This document shows positions 20,020-29,769 of a DNA stretch of 64,000 nucleotides, one piece after another; the first letter of the stretch is position 1; each line of letters starts with the position of its first letter. The DNA is from Promethearchaeota archaeon. Its GTDB lineage: Archaea; Asgardarchaeota; Lokiarchaeia; Sigyniarchaeales; SOKP01. The stretch covers positions 224,001 to 288,000 of the forward strand of contig JAEOUA010000008.1 of the NCBI GenBank assembly GCA_016839555.1. Reading direction: 5' to 3'. Made by a program: the position numbers and the translations under genes. Below the pieces are notes generated by a model that had not been told where the DNA came from, ran no database searches, and saw nothing but the letters and a program-made list of their open reading frames with translations.

Positions 20020-20664
20020 TTAATTTTTTTCAAATATATCGAAGATATTTTTTTTCTTTCTTCTATCATCTTTAATTATAAATTCTCTAAAAACCTCATT
20101 GTCATCGTCAATAAATTCCCAAAAATCTTCATATATGTCCTTCAGGGTTTTTTCTTTCGATTCTAATTCATCTTTTCTAGATTTATTTGGTAATACTTCC
20201 ATTGTTACTTTATTATGAACTGATTTTTGCCCCATTCGAAGATTTGAGATGTTATGAGAAATATTTTCTTTCTTTTTAGGCAGTTTATACCCTTTAGGTA
20301 AATATTCCACATAATTTCCCTCCGTTATTAACGTTTCAAATAAAATTTTTTCTGATTTCTTCTTTTTTATTAACTTTTCCTTATAAAGGGGATCCTGTTT
20401 TTTTTCCATATTATTTTTAAATTCAAAATCAACTGATTGATATCCACGGATTTTATAATTTTTGTCTACAAACGCCTGAAAGGAATGGTCACAAATTAAA
20501 TATTTTGGAATCGATATAGTTGTTAGATTCTTAGCCTTATCTACAACTGATTTTGGAAATTCTAATTGTTTAGATGCGGAACATTTAGGACAAATAAAAT
20601 TAATTTTCACGGATTCAATTAATTGATTAACGTTAACACATTCTTTGCTATTGCTTAAAGTCAT
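20020..20664 (-). CDS. Hypothetical protein with an N-terminal Zn-ribbon (CPKC...CDHSF..FVD...IRGYQ)
   Basis: The same motif family occurs at 55894-56499. Confidence 0.6.
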   Translation of the reverse strand: MTLSNSKECVNVNQLIESVKINFICPKCSASKQLEFPKSVVDKAKNLTTISIPKYLICDHSFQAFVDKNYKIRGYQSVDFEFKNNMEKKQDPLYKEKLIKKKKSEKILFETLITEGNYVEYLPKGYKLPKKKENISHNISNLRMGQKSVHNKVTMEVLPNKSRKDELESKEKTLKDIYEDFWEFIDDDNEVFREFIIKDDRRKKKNIFDIFEKN

Positions 20665-20767
20665 ACTTTCCTCTATCAGAATTTTATATAAAAAATGATT
20701 TAAACTACGATAATTGCTTTAAAGAAGAAAATAATAAGAAATAATTTTTAAAAAAATCTGAAGAATA

Positions 20768-21307
20768 TTAACGCTCAAGAGTATATTTTATATTAAAATT
20801 ATCTTTCGATAAAATAAAATTGACTTTTAGCGAAGGAAGTACCTCGGATTCTATTTTAAATGTATGTTTACCTTCAGTTAATCGATTTAAATTGTTTTTA
20901 TTCATATGCAAAAGAATATCAATTGTATCTCCTAATGCGATGGTACGCCCTTTTAATTTTCCTTCTAAAATATCCTTTAATGTGAAGGTTTGTTCTTTAT
21001 GAATTAATAAGACATTTTCTTGAATGACTTCTTTATCGATAATTGTTTTCGATAAATCTATTTTTTCATTATCCAAATAAATTTGAAAAATTTCACCAAT
21101 GTTAAAGTTTTCTTGCTCTATTTTCTCTTTAGAAAGGTTTTGAATGTTTATTTCATTAGGAATGTCAAGCGGAATTACTACATTAATAGCTCTTATTAGA
21201 AGCGCGTCTTCCATTCCGTCGTTATCTAAATCAACGGTATATACACATTTATTTGGGGGAAATATTTTTTTAATTAATACTTTTAATGATGATAAGTTTA
21301 TACCCAT
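20768..21307 (-). CDS. Hypothetical protein
   Basis: 179-aa ORF with no motif recognised. Confidence 0.55.
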   Translation of the reverse strand: MGINLSSLKVLIKKIFPPNKCVYTVDLDNDGMEDALLIRAINVVIPLDIPNEINIQNLSKEKIEQENFNIGEIFQIYLDNEKIDLSKTIIDKEVIQENVLLIHKEQTFTLKDILEGKLKGRTIALGDTIDILLHMNKNNLNRLTEGKHTFKIESEVLPSLKVNFILSKDNFNIKYTLER

Positions 21308-21395
21308 TTTTTTTTCAATTTCTTTTTTCTTATATAAGATATATTATTTGTATATTTTTAAAGGGATGTTCTTATTTTCAAAAATTTTTAAATCT

Positions 21396-22418
21396 TTATT
21401 GATCTATTTCAGATATTTTTACAGGTCGATTATCATTGTAGGATTTTTGCGCTGCTTTTGCTATTAAGATACTCTGTAAACCATCTTCGCCATTTGGACT
21501 TGGATCTATATTTTTTTTGAGACAGTCGAAGAAAAATATTAACTCATTAATATATGAATTCCTATATCTCTCTAAGAAAAAATAGGGGATTTTATCTTTT
21601 CTTATATGTTCATTAGTGTAAATCTCTATGGTATTTGATGGTCGATTATCTGCAATAACACATCCTTTAGAACCAAATACTTCAGCTCTTTGATCATATC
21701 CATAGACTGCCTGACGAGAATTATCAATGATCCCTAAAGCTTCGTTTTTAAATTTTAAAACCGCTACTGCAGTATCAATATCGCCTGCTTTACCTATATC
21801 TGGGTTAATTAAAACAGCTCCATTCGCATATACTTCTTCAACTTCGCTATTTGCAAGAAATCGAGCCATATCCCAATCATGGATACTCATATCAATAAAA
21901 ATTCCACCAGATATTTTTATATATTCTATGGGCGGGGGAGCGGGGTCTCGAGAAGTGATTTTTACAATATGAGGCTTTCCAATTTGACCAGAATTAATCA
22001 CTTCATACAGTCTTCGAAAATTCTTATCAAATCGTCGATTAAATCCTATCATGAGGCTAACATTTTCTTTCCTTGTAATTGCAATGGTCTCTTTAATTCT
22101 TTTAACATTCGTGTCTAATGGCTTTTCACAAAATATATGTTTTTTAGCTTGTGCTGCTTTTTGAATAAATTTGGCATGTGTATCTGTTGAAGATGCTATT
22201 ATAACTGCATTGATGTCTGGATCTTTAAATATATCGGTAGCATCATCTGTGAGTTTCGGGATTCCTAATTGATTAACCCATTGAGTTAATTCATCATTTA
22301 TGTTAATATCTGAAATTATTTTTAGTTTTATACCAGGAATATGATGGATAAGATTCTCAATATGAATTTTACCAATTCTTCCCGCTCCAATTACTCCCAC
22401 ATTGAATATTTTTGACAT
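21396..22418 (-). CDS. iolG: myo-inositol 2-dehydrogenase
   Basis: GAGRIG, CEKP, GFNRRFD, SRDP, GGIFIDMSIHD, YGYDQRAEVFG, FFLERY. Confidence 0.88.
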   Translation of the reverse strand: MSKIFNVGVIGAGRIGKIHIENLIHHIPGIKLKIISDININDELTQWVNQLGIPKLTDDATDIFKDPDINAVIIASSTDTHAKFIQKAAQAKKHIFCEKPLDTNVKRIKETIAITRKENVSLMIGFNRRFDKNFRRLYEVINSGQIGKPHIVKITSRDPAPPPIEYIKISGGIFIDMSIHDWDMARFLANSEVEEVYANGAVLINPDIGKAGDIDTAVAVLKFKNEALGIIDNSRQAVYGYDQRAEVFGSKGCVIADNRPSNTIEIYTNEHIRKDKIPYFFLERYRNSYINELIFFFDCLKKNIDPSPNGEDGLQSILIAKAAQKSYNDNRPVKISEIDQ

Positions 22419-22629
22419 TATAGATTTTCAAATAAAATTATTTAATTGTTTTTCATATAATTTAATTTTATTAAAACAAATTATATCTAAATTTTTGATT
22501 CTAATATAATTTTAGATATTCACATAATAAAAGATCATAGCTAAATAAAAAGAAATTCAATTAATATCTACTTATATTTTAATACTTCAAAATCCAAATA
22601 ATAATTAATTAAAATTAAAAATAAAAAAA

Positions 22630-23883
22630 ATGACGGAAAAAGAAATTCAAGTATATGGAAAACGATGGGTTATTTTGCTTCTATTTATGTTTGCAAATAT
22701 CACTATGCAAATACTTTGGATCAGTTATGGATCTATTACCATTGAATCTTCAGCTTTTTATGGCGTTGGTGAGCTTGAAATCCTTCTTTTATCTCTGATT
22801 TTTATGGTAGTTTACATTCCAGTATCTTTTCTCGCCTCTTGGTCACTTGATAAATATAGCTTTAAATTCGGTACTAGCATAGGAGTTATTCTAGGTGCTA
22901 TTTTTGGTTTCTTGCGATTTATTGCGGGCTCAAATTATCTTTTTGCCTTTATAGCTCAGACAGGAATCGCTGTTGGCCAACCGTTTATACTAAACAGTAT
23001 CACAAAGCTCTCCGCTAATTGGTTTCCTGAAGACGAAAGAACACTTTCTACGGGATTATCCTTGATTTCTCAATTTGTAGGAATTGCTCTGGGCGTGTTT
23101 CTTTCACCATTCCTGATAAGTTGTACTGAATCTATTCCAATATTAACCGAACTTTTTCCAATGTTAATAGAATGTGATATCACACCAATGTTGTTTACTT
23201 TTGGAATTTTATCTGTAGCATCTGGAGTCTTATTTGTTATTTTTGTGAAAGATAAACCACCTACTCCACCATCTAAAAAAGAAACTGTTGAAAAAATCTT
23301 TATGTTTGAAGGACTTAAGAAACTATTTACAAATAAATACTTCATAATCCTTGTGATATTGTTCTTTATTGGATTAGGCACATTTAATATGGTCACAACT
23401 TATATAGAGTTAATTGTTGCTCCTCGAGGTTATTCCGCTTCCGATGCAGGAAATATTGGAGCTATCATGCTTTTTGGAGGTATAATAGGCTGTTTAATTA
23501 TGTCCACTCTTTCTGATAAATTTCAAAAGAGAAAGATATTTATCATATTTTCCGTGACATTAACAACAATATCCCTCACAATACTCTCTTTTGCAAGCTC
23601 CGCACTCTTACTATACATATTTGGGTTTAGTTTGGGATTTGGAATCTTATCTGCAGGACCAGTTGCACTAGAATATGCTGTAGAAATCACTACTCCGGTT
23701 CCTGAGGCAAGCTCAAACGGAATTTTGATGTGGATAGGCCAAATCGGTGGGATCCTCTTTATTTTAGGCCTTGTGGGCTTTACTCTACCTAATGGCGATT
23801 ATTTCCCTGCATTACTCTTGTTAAGTTTCTTAGCACTCGCTATACTTATCCTATCATTCTTTCTAAAAGAAGCGGAAAAATAA
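22630..23883 (+). CDS. MFS transporter
   Basis: About 12 hydrophobic segments; YGKRW and WFPEDER motifs. Confidence 0.85.
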   Translation: MTEKEIQVYGKRWVILLLFMFANITMQILWISYGSITIESSAFYGVGELEILLLSLIFMVVYIPVSFLASWSLDKYSFKFGTSIGVILGAIFGFLRFIAGSNYLFAFIAQTGIAVGQPFILNSITKLSANWFPEDERTLSTGLSLISQFVGIALGVFLSPFLISCTESIPILTELFPMLIECDITPMLFTFGILSVASGVLFVIFVKDKPPTPPSKKETVEKIFMFEGLKKLFTNKYFIILVILFFIGLGTFNMVTTYIELIVAPRGYSASDAGNIGAIMLFGGIIGCLIMSTLSDKFQKRKIFIIFSVTLTTISLTILSFASSALLLYIFGFSLGFGILSAGPVALEYAVEITTPVPEASSNGILMWIGQIGGILFILGLVGFTLPNGDYFPALLLLSFLALAILILSFFLKEAEK

Positions 23884-23953
23884 CTCCACAACTTCTAAAT
23901 CATTTTCTTTTTTTTTTAACAATCTTTAATTTTTTTTAAAATTTTATTACATT

Positions 23954-25132
23954 ATGGAAGCAATAGAATTAAGTGCTAAATGGGAGCCTAAACCAAGTTT
24001 TAAACTTGGAAGTAAGGATATTGAAGGGAAACTAACATATCTGGGCTCTCAAGTTTGGCGATATCCTAACGTGAGAAAAATAGAAAAAGTAGTCCCGGAA
24101 ATCAAACCAAACGAGGTCTTAATAAAAGTAAAACGAGTTGGTATCTGTGGATCCGATGTCCACATGGCACAGACAGATAAAGAGGGATATATCTATTATC
24201 CAGGCTTGACCGCATTTCCAGTAATTTTAGGGCATGAATTTGCGGGAGAGATTGTAAAAGCAGGAATTCGCGCAATAAATAAAAGAACTAATCAACCATT
24301 TGAAGGGGGAGAACCGGTGACTGTAGAAGAAATGGTATGGTGTGGAGAATGCCGTCCTTGTTGTGATGGGTTTCCAAACCATTGTGAGCGCCTCCAAGAA
24401 ATAGGATTTTCCATAGATGGCGCCTATGCTGAATATATTGCCGTACCGGCGAAATTGTGTTGGAGCTTAAATAAATTAAAAAATCGATATGATGACATTT
24501 TTAAGATTGGGAGTTTAGTTGAACCCACATCAGTAGCATATAATGCCGTAATAGAACGAGGCGGAGGAATAAGACCTGGAGAAAATGTGGTAATTTTAGG
24601 TGGGGGTCCTATTGGTCTTGCTGCAACTAAGATTTTAAAAACAGCGGGAGCCGCAATATGCATAGTCTCAGAACCAGAAGAGAGTCGAGCAAATCTGGCA
24701 AAAAAGATGGGCGCTGATTATGTTATTAATCCCCAAAAAGAAAGTTTTGTCGAAGAAGTAAAAGAATATACGGATAATGAAGGAGCGAAGCTTTATTTAG
24801 AAGCTACAGGATTGCCCCATATAGTAACCGACGATATACAAAATGCAATCTGGGAATGCAAGGCTGTTAATAGCACAGTAGTAATCGTGGCAAGAGCAGA
24901 ACAGAGAATGCCCGTATGCGGTGAATATTTCCAAGTTAGAAGGGCAAGAATAGTTGGCGCCCAAGGACATTCAGGACATGGCACATTTCCTAATGTCATT
25001 AGTGCGATGAGCGCTGGTATGGATATGACCCCAATGATCACAAAGGAAATCAGTTTAGAAGAAGCTCCTGAGAATTTAAAAATCCTTCAAACAGATAAAG
25101 AAAATTGCAAAATAAGTATAAAAATTAGTTAA
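23954..25132 (+). CDS. iolM: scyllo-inosose 3-dehydrogenase (Zn-dependent MDR)
   Basis: GICGSDVH, YPGLTAFPVILGHE, CxxCxxC..C, GAQGHSGHGTFP; lies near iolG, iolN and iolO. Confidence 0.8.
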   Translation: MEAIELSAKWEPKPSFKLGSKDIEGKLTYLGSQVWRYPNVRKIEKVVPEIKPNEVLIKVKRVGICGSDVHMAQTDKEGYIYYPGLTAFPVILGHEFAGEIVKAGIRAINKRTNQPFEGGEPVTVEEMVWCGECRPCCDGFPNHCERLQEIGFSIDGAYAEYIAVPAKLCWSLNKLKNRYDDIFKIGSLVEPTSVAYNAVIERGGGIRPGENVVILGGGPIGLAATKILKTAGAAICIVSEPEESRANLAKKMGADYVINPQKESFVEEVKEYTDNEGAKLYLEATGLPHIVTDDIQNAIWECKAVNSTVVIVARAEQRMPVCGEYFQVRRARIVGAQGHSGHGTFPNVISAMSAGMDMTPMITKEISLEEAPENLKILQTDKENCKISIKIS

Positions 25133-25157
25133 ATTAAGTTAAACTTAATTTTCTATT

Positions 25158-25640
25158 TCAAATTGAATTATTTTTCATTTTTTTTATCTTATTTATCCAA
25201 TCAGGCACCCTAAGATTAATTATTTTTTCCAAAAATGGGATATATGGTTTTATATCTAAAATTGGGCTCTCATTGAAGGCGTCTAAATTTTTTACGAATA
25301 GTACATTTTCTTCTCTTTTTAGAAGTTCAGATATGGTTAAACAAATTGGATTTGGTCTCACTTGGGAGTGAGTGGAAAATATTCCTACTTCTGGAAACTT
25401 TGGATTGCCTTTAGGATGAACCTTTTTAATCTCTCTTCGTTTCATTGATACTAAATGCGCCCAATAGCATACTATTATATGGGAAAACTCTTCAATACCA
25501 TCTAAACATTCAATATACTCATCAAAAATGATTATTTTAGAAATAGTTTTTTTATTACCAATTGCTTTTAAGAGACTTTTATCTATAATATCTATATTTG
25601 TTTTAACTTCTCCTATTGGAATAATTTTAATTTCGGCCAT
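25158..25640 (-). CDS. tsaA: TsaA/TrmO-like tRNA m6t6A methyltransferase
   Basis: GIEEFSH, GIFSTHS..RPNPI, PILDIKPY. Confidence 0.8.
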   Translation of the reverse strand: MAEIKIIPIGEVKTNIDIIDKSLLKAIGNKKTISKIIIFDEYIECLDGIEEFSHIIVCYWAHLVSMKRREIKKVHPKGNPKFPEVGIFSTHSQVRPNPICLTISELLKREENVLFVKNLDAFNESPILDIKPYIPFLEKIINLRVPDWINKIKKMKNNSI

Positions 25641-25724
25641 TTTGAATTAGATTTTTCGGGTTATTTTTAATGTATTGAAAAACTTTAGATGAAATTATAA
25701 ATATATGTTTAAATTATTTCAAAT

Positions 25725-26543
25725 TCATTCATTAAAAATATTTCGTAAATATTTTGCGCTTTCTTCAGCAACATCTTCAAAACTGGGCTTCATAATAGTT
25801 TCAAGCGAATAAAATCCTTTATAATCTGCATTTTTGAAAATATTTATAAAAGTTTTAAAGTCAAAATGTCCTGATCCTGGAGATCTTCTATTACAATCAG
25901 CTAAGTGAATATGACATATTTCGGAGACATTTTTTCTAAGATCATCCCAAATAGAATTAGGATCTTCCTCTAAATGGATATGAAATGTATCAACTAATAA
26001 TTTTATATTATCCGAATCTAATTTCTCTATTAATCCTAACGAATTTGAAAGGGTGTGATAAGAATCTATTTCGAATCTGTTAATTGGTTCCAGTGCTAAT
26101 AAAACATTTTGATCTTCTACTAGCTCTATACACTTAGTTAAAGAGGAAAAAATATTTTCTCTCTCCTTCTCTGGACTACTTTTATGTCTATATCGCCCTC
26201 TTATTAATCCTATTATTACTTTTGAATCACTTTTTGCCGCAAAATTAATATATTTACTTATGCGGTTAATTGCTTCTTTTCTTATGCTTCTTTTTTTATG
26301 CCCTAATGAATATCCATAACGGATATAAGTGCCTCCCGTTCCTAACGCCGGAATTTTCATATCAAATGAATTAATTACTTCCATTAATGCTTGTGTATCT
26401 ATTTTTTCGGGCTTCAAAATACTAAGTTCTATTCCAGAATATCCCAGTGGTTTTAGATATTCACATAATAAAGAAAATTTCTTAATTATTTCTTCTCGTT
26501 TAACCGTCAATTCATTTAAATTAGCGACTATACTTAAATTCAT
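25725..26543 (-). CDS. iolO: Sugar epimerase (TIM barrel), 5-keto-L-gluconate epimerase-like
   Basis: IIGLIRG, LEPINRFE, DTFHI, HIHLAD.NR..PG.GH; iol gene context. Confidence 0.7.
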   Translation of the reverse strand: MNLSIVANLNELTVKREEIIKKFSLLCEYLKPLGYSGIELSILKPEKIDTQALMEVINSFDMKIPALGTGGTYIRYGYSLGHKKRSIRKEAINRISKYINFAAKSDSKVIIGLIRGRYRHKSSPEKERENIFSSLTKCIELVEDQNVLLALEPINRFEIDSYHTLSNSLGLIEKLDSDNIKLLVDTFHIHLEEDPNSIWDDLRKNVSEICHIHLADCNRRSPGSGHFDFKTFINIFKNADYKGFYSLETIMKPSFEDVAEESAKYLRNIFNE

Positions 26544-26779
26544 TTTCCTATCCTCCTTATATCTACAATAATAACAACATTTAACATTAAATTTATCATT
26601 TCCATAGTTTAGATTTTTAAAAAAAGATAATAAAAATCTTATTATTTTTAAAGTTCCTCTTTATTCATCGCTATTCCAAGCAGCTTTATTAAATTATAAG
26701 TACTTTTATCCTTAAGGAATAAACTTTTTAATCGCATTTTCTTACTATTCCATATATATTTAAGAAAATAACTAATTTT

Positions 26780-27766
26780 GTGAAGAAAATGGGAAATTGG
26801 GAATTTCCAAGACCAGGAAAAATAGAAAGTTCCGATCCAAAATTGTATCTCCAAAATATGAATATGACGGATGTGAAGGAACGTTTAGAAGTTAATGATC
26901 TAATTATTTTAGTTGTCGGAAGTGTTGAAAATCATGGACCATCGTGTCCATTAGGGCAAGATACCTACCAATGCACGCGAATGTCAGAGATTATTGCGGA
27001 AAAGACAAGTTGTACCTTGGCACCACCCGTATTCTACGGATCTCATCCGTTCCATCATGTAGGCATGCCAGGAACAATAGTGATCCCCGAAGAGATCTTT
27101 ATTGGGCAATTGAGAGCTATCATGGCAGGACTTTGGAATATGGGATTCAGGAAGCAGATAATCTTTAATAATCATGGGCAAGAATATGTAATACCCACGG
27201 CGTTACATCAATTTGCAAAGCGATATCAAGTCCCTGCAATTCTCTTGAATTATAATTGGTACCACGGTATTTCGGAATTAATTTCTGGAAAAGACGTAGG
27301 TAATTTAGAAAGTGGTTTTGAAACGACTTTCGTACATGCTGATGAAGTGGAAACTTCATTTGCCATGGCATTATTTCCAGAATACGTAGCGGAGCAAAAG
27401 CGGCAAGACACCACTCCAAGAGGATTTTTAGAGTCGAAATTCTTTGATAAAGCAGGAAATTGCCTGCATCGTCCTATTACATGGTATGGGGCAGTTGGAG
27501 CAGGTCCAGTTGAATTCGCTGCGTATCCAGAGGGATGTGTGGGGGCTCAAACCAAAGCAACACCAGAAAAGGCGGAAAAAGCTATAAATAAGATATTGGA
27601 TACTTTTGAAGAAATGGTAAATATGATTTTAGAAAAGTATCCACCAGGCACATTACCCGAGTGGAAAGAGATGACTCAAAGATTTAGTGAAAAAGAAATG
27701 GAACTATTATTGAAAGGACCTCTTAATGGTGGAAAACATATTTACACCATTTGTTATCCACCTTAA
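26780..27766 (+). CDS. iolN: Creatininase-family hydrolase, 3-dehydro-scyllo-inosose hydrolase-like
   Basis: GSVENHG, YGSHPFHHVGMPGT, NNHGQE, HADEVETS; iol gene context. Confidence 0.75.
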   Translation: MKKMGNWEFPRPGKIESSDPKLYLQNMNMTDVKERLEVNDLIILVVGSVENHGPSCPLGQDTYQCTRMSEIIAEKTSCTLAPPVFYGSHPFHHVGMPGTIVIPEEIFIGQLRAIMAGLWNMGFRKQIIFNNHGQEYVIPTALHQFAKRYQVPAILLNYNWYHGISELISGKDVGNLESGFETTFVHADEVETSFAMALFPEYVAEQKRQDTTPRGFLESKFFDKAGNCLHRPITWYGAVGAGPVEFAAYPEGCVGAQTKATPEKAEKAINKILDTFEEMVNMILEKYPPGTLPEWKEMTQRFSEKEMELLLKGPLNGGKHIYTICYPP

Positions 27767-28073
27767 TTTTTTTTATTTTTTTTGAATTTTTTAAAAATTT
27801 TAATTTATTTTTAAGGTAATACGTGAAAATTAAATTTCTTTAATTTGATTTCGTATCTTTAATTTCTAATTTTAATCATCAGTTTATTTAAAAGATAAAA
27901 AATCATATTTGAAAAACTGAACATTATTTAATCATGTATATTATATAACGAAAAGAATTATAGATTTATTGGGATCTCCTATTGAAAATAAATAATTTTA
28001 AATATCCGAACTTTGTTATGATTATAATTATAACCTAACTTTTTTTTTAAGAAATTAATTAGATTTAGAACAA

Positions 28074-28391
28074 GTGTTGAAAAGAGGGGTTGAATATATG
28101 GCAAATCTGGAGGAAGAAATACAAAAATACCTTTCATATTTTAAAAAGAAATTATACTATTTTAATCAAGAAGAGATTGATCAAATTTTAATCTCTGATA
28201 ATTATTTTAAATTCATCAATACTGTTTATGACTATTTTAACTCACAAGTGGCCTCAAATAATACTGGAAAACAGCGATTAAATATAGAATGTTATATCGA
28301 CGCTGATGAAGTTATAAATAAATTTTGGCTCGATCTCTTAGGAAATAAAATTAATGACTCAATTAAGTCTTATTTAAAAATTGGGACTTAA
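28074..28391 (+). CDS. Hypothetical protein
   Basis: ORF with a likely ATG start at 28098 after GAGGGG. Confidence 0.5.
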   Translation: MLKRGVEYMANLEEEIQKYLSYFKKKLYYFNQEEIDQILISDNYFKFINTVYDYFNSQVASNNTGKQRLNIECYIDADEVINKFWLDLLGNKINDSIKSYLKIGT

Positions 28392-28491
28392 TTATATTTA
28401 ATTTTTAATAAAAATAAGTTTTTATTTTTTAAATATGAGGATTAATCTATAGTAAAGTAATTTTTTTAGAGATTTAAGAAAAGAGAAGAAA

Positions 28492-28520
28492 CCGGCAGGA
28501 TTCAAACCTGCTTTATTTCA
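28492..28520 (-). repeat. Degenerate direct repeat of the tRNA-Arg 3' end (att-like)
   Basis: CCGGCAGGATTCAAACCTGCTTTATTTCA versus CCGGCAGGATTCGAACCTGCGTTATCTCA at 32786-32814; 26/29 identical. Confidence 0.75.
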
Positions 28521-28525
28521 AATTT

Positions 28526-29767
28526 TTATTTTTTAAGTGCATTTAAGAATAATTCGATAAGATCAATCATCACCATATCTGAACCTAATTCATCTATAGC
28601 ATCAGAAAGATTTCTGAAACAAAAGGGACAAGTGCTAACTAGGAATTGTACATTTAAATCTTCTGCTTCTTTTACTCTATTTTTCGCCATTTCGAGGGAT
28701 AGCTCGGGAAATCCTTTTCTTAAACCTCCACCAGCCCCACAACACATTGCTGCTTCCCGATTTGTTTTCATTTCTGAGAAAACTGATATTTTGCGTAATA
28801 TCTTTCTGGGAATATCGTATATGCCCATATGACGTCCTAAATGGCAAGGATCATGATAAGTTGTCGTTTTTTCCAACTTTTCCAATTTAATATCATTATT
28901 TGCTAATAATTCCTCTAAAAACTCTACTGTGTGCTGAACCTGAATTCCTTCTAAGAGGTTCCCATAATCTTTCTTTAAAGTACGATAACAACCAGCGCAA
29001 CTTGTAACGATTTTTTTAATTCCTTTATCTTTAAATAATTTAGCATTTAAATTAGCTACTTTTTCAAATGCCTTCTTATCGCCTGTACGTAAAGCTACAC
29101 TTCCGCAACAAATTTCATTTTCTCCTAAAATTCCAAAATCCACATCTAATATATTAAAGATTTTAGCAGTAGCTATAGCTATTCTTTGAATTTTAGGAGT
29201 TAAAGCGGTTGTACACCCAACATAATATAAAATATCCGCCTTCTCCTTGTCAAGATCCTTAATTTTAAAATCTAGCTTTTTAATCCAATCATTTTTATCT
29301 TTATTATTTCTTTCATATGGATTTAACAATTCTACTAAAGCTTTATTCATGGCTTCATGAGGTTCAAGAGCATATCCCGCTTCAACTAAATCTGCTCTTA
29401 AAGCTTCAAATACCTCTACTTGAGCCATCCATTTTGCATTAGCAAAATCAATATATTTATTATGAGAATTATGACAAAAATCATCACATGCTCCACATAC
29501 TGAGCATTGAAAAAAAATCTCACTAAGTTCCTGGCTTAATTCAAGATCTCCCCATATTAAGCCTTTTAAGATAATATTTTTACCTCGAGCAAAAAACGGC
29601 TCAAAATTAGGAGTAAGATTTGTTTTATATACCGGACATACATAATAGAAGTTTTTTTCTGGCCAATTTGCAACTCTACATTGACCACAATGTACGCAAG
29701 ATAACGCAGCATCTTTTACTTTTAATAAATTTTTTAATCTATCTTCTTTAACAGCCATATGAAACAC
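28526..29767 (-). CDS. Fe-S oxidoreductase, GlcF/HdrD-like (ferredoxin motifs plus two CCG domains)
   Basis: CVHCGQC, CSVCGAC, YYVGC, CCG, CAGC, HDPCHLGR, CCGAGGG, CPFC. Confidence 0.85.
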   Translation of the reverse strand: MFHMAVKEDRLKNLLKVKDAALSCVHCGQCRVANWPEKNFYYVCPVYKTNLTPNFEPFFARGKNIILKGLIWGDLELSQELSEIFFQCSVCGACDDFCHNSHNKYIDFANAKWMAQVEVFEALRADLVEAGYALEPHEAMNKALVELLNPYERNNKDKNDWIKKLDFKIKDLDKEKADILYYVGCTTALTPKIQRIAIATAKIFNILDVDFGILGENEICCGSVALRTGDKKAFEKVANLNAKLFKDKGIKKIVTSCAGCYRTLKKDYGNLLEGIQVQHTVEFLEELLANNDIKLEKLEKTTTYHDPCHLGRHMGIYDIPRKILRKISVFSEMKTNREAAMCCGAGGGLRKGFPELSLEMAKNRVKEAEDLNVQFLVSTCPFCFRNLSDAIDELGSDMVMIDLIELFLNALKK

Positions 29768-29769
29768 CT

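Noticed and set aside
19881-20069. 62-aa ORF here, and the 73-aa ORF at 32685-32906
   Set aside because: Both overlap tRNA genes and are spurious translations.
22483-22518. 11-bp inverted repeat ATATCTAAATT/AATTTAGATAT between iolG and the MFS gene
   Set aside because: Nearly all A/T, not clearly repeated at the iolO/iolN promoter, and plausible by chance.
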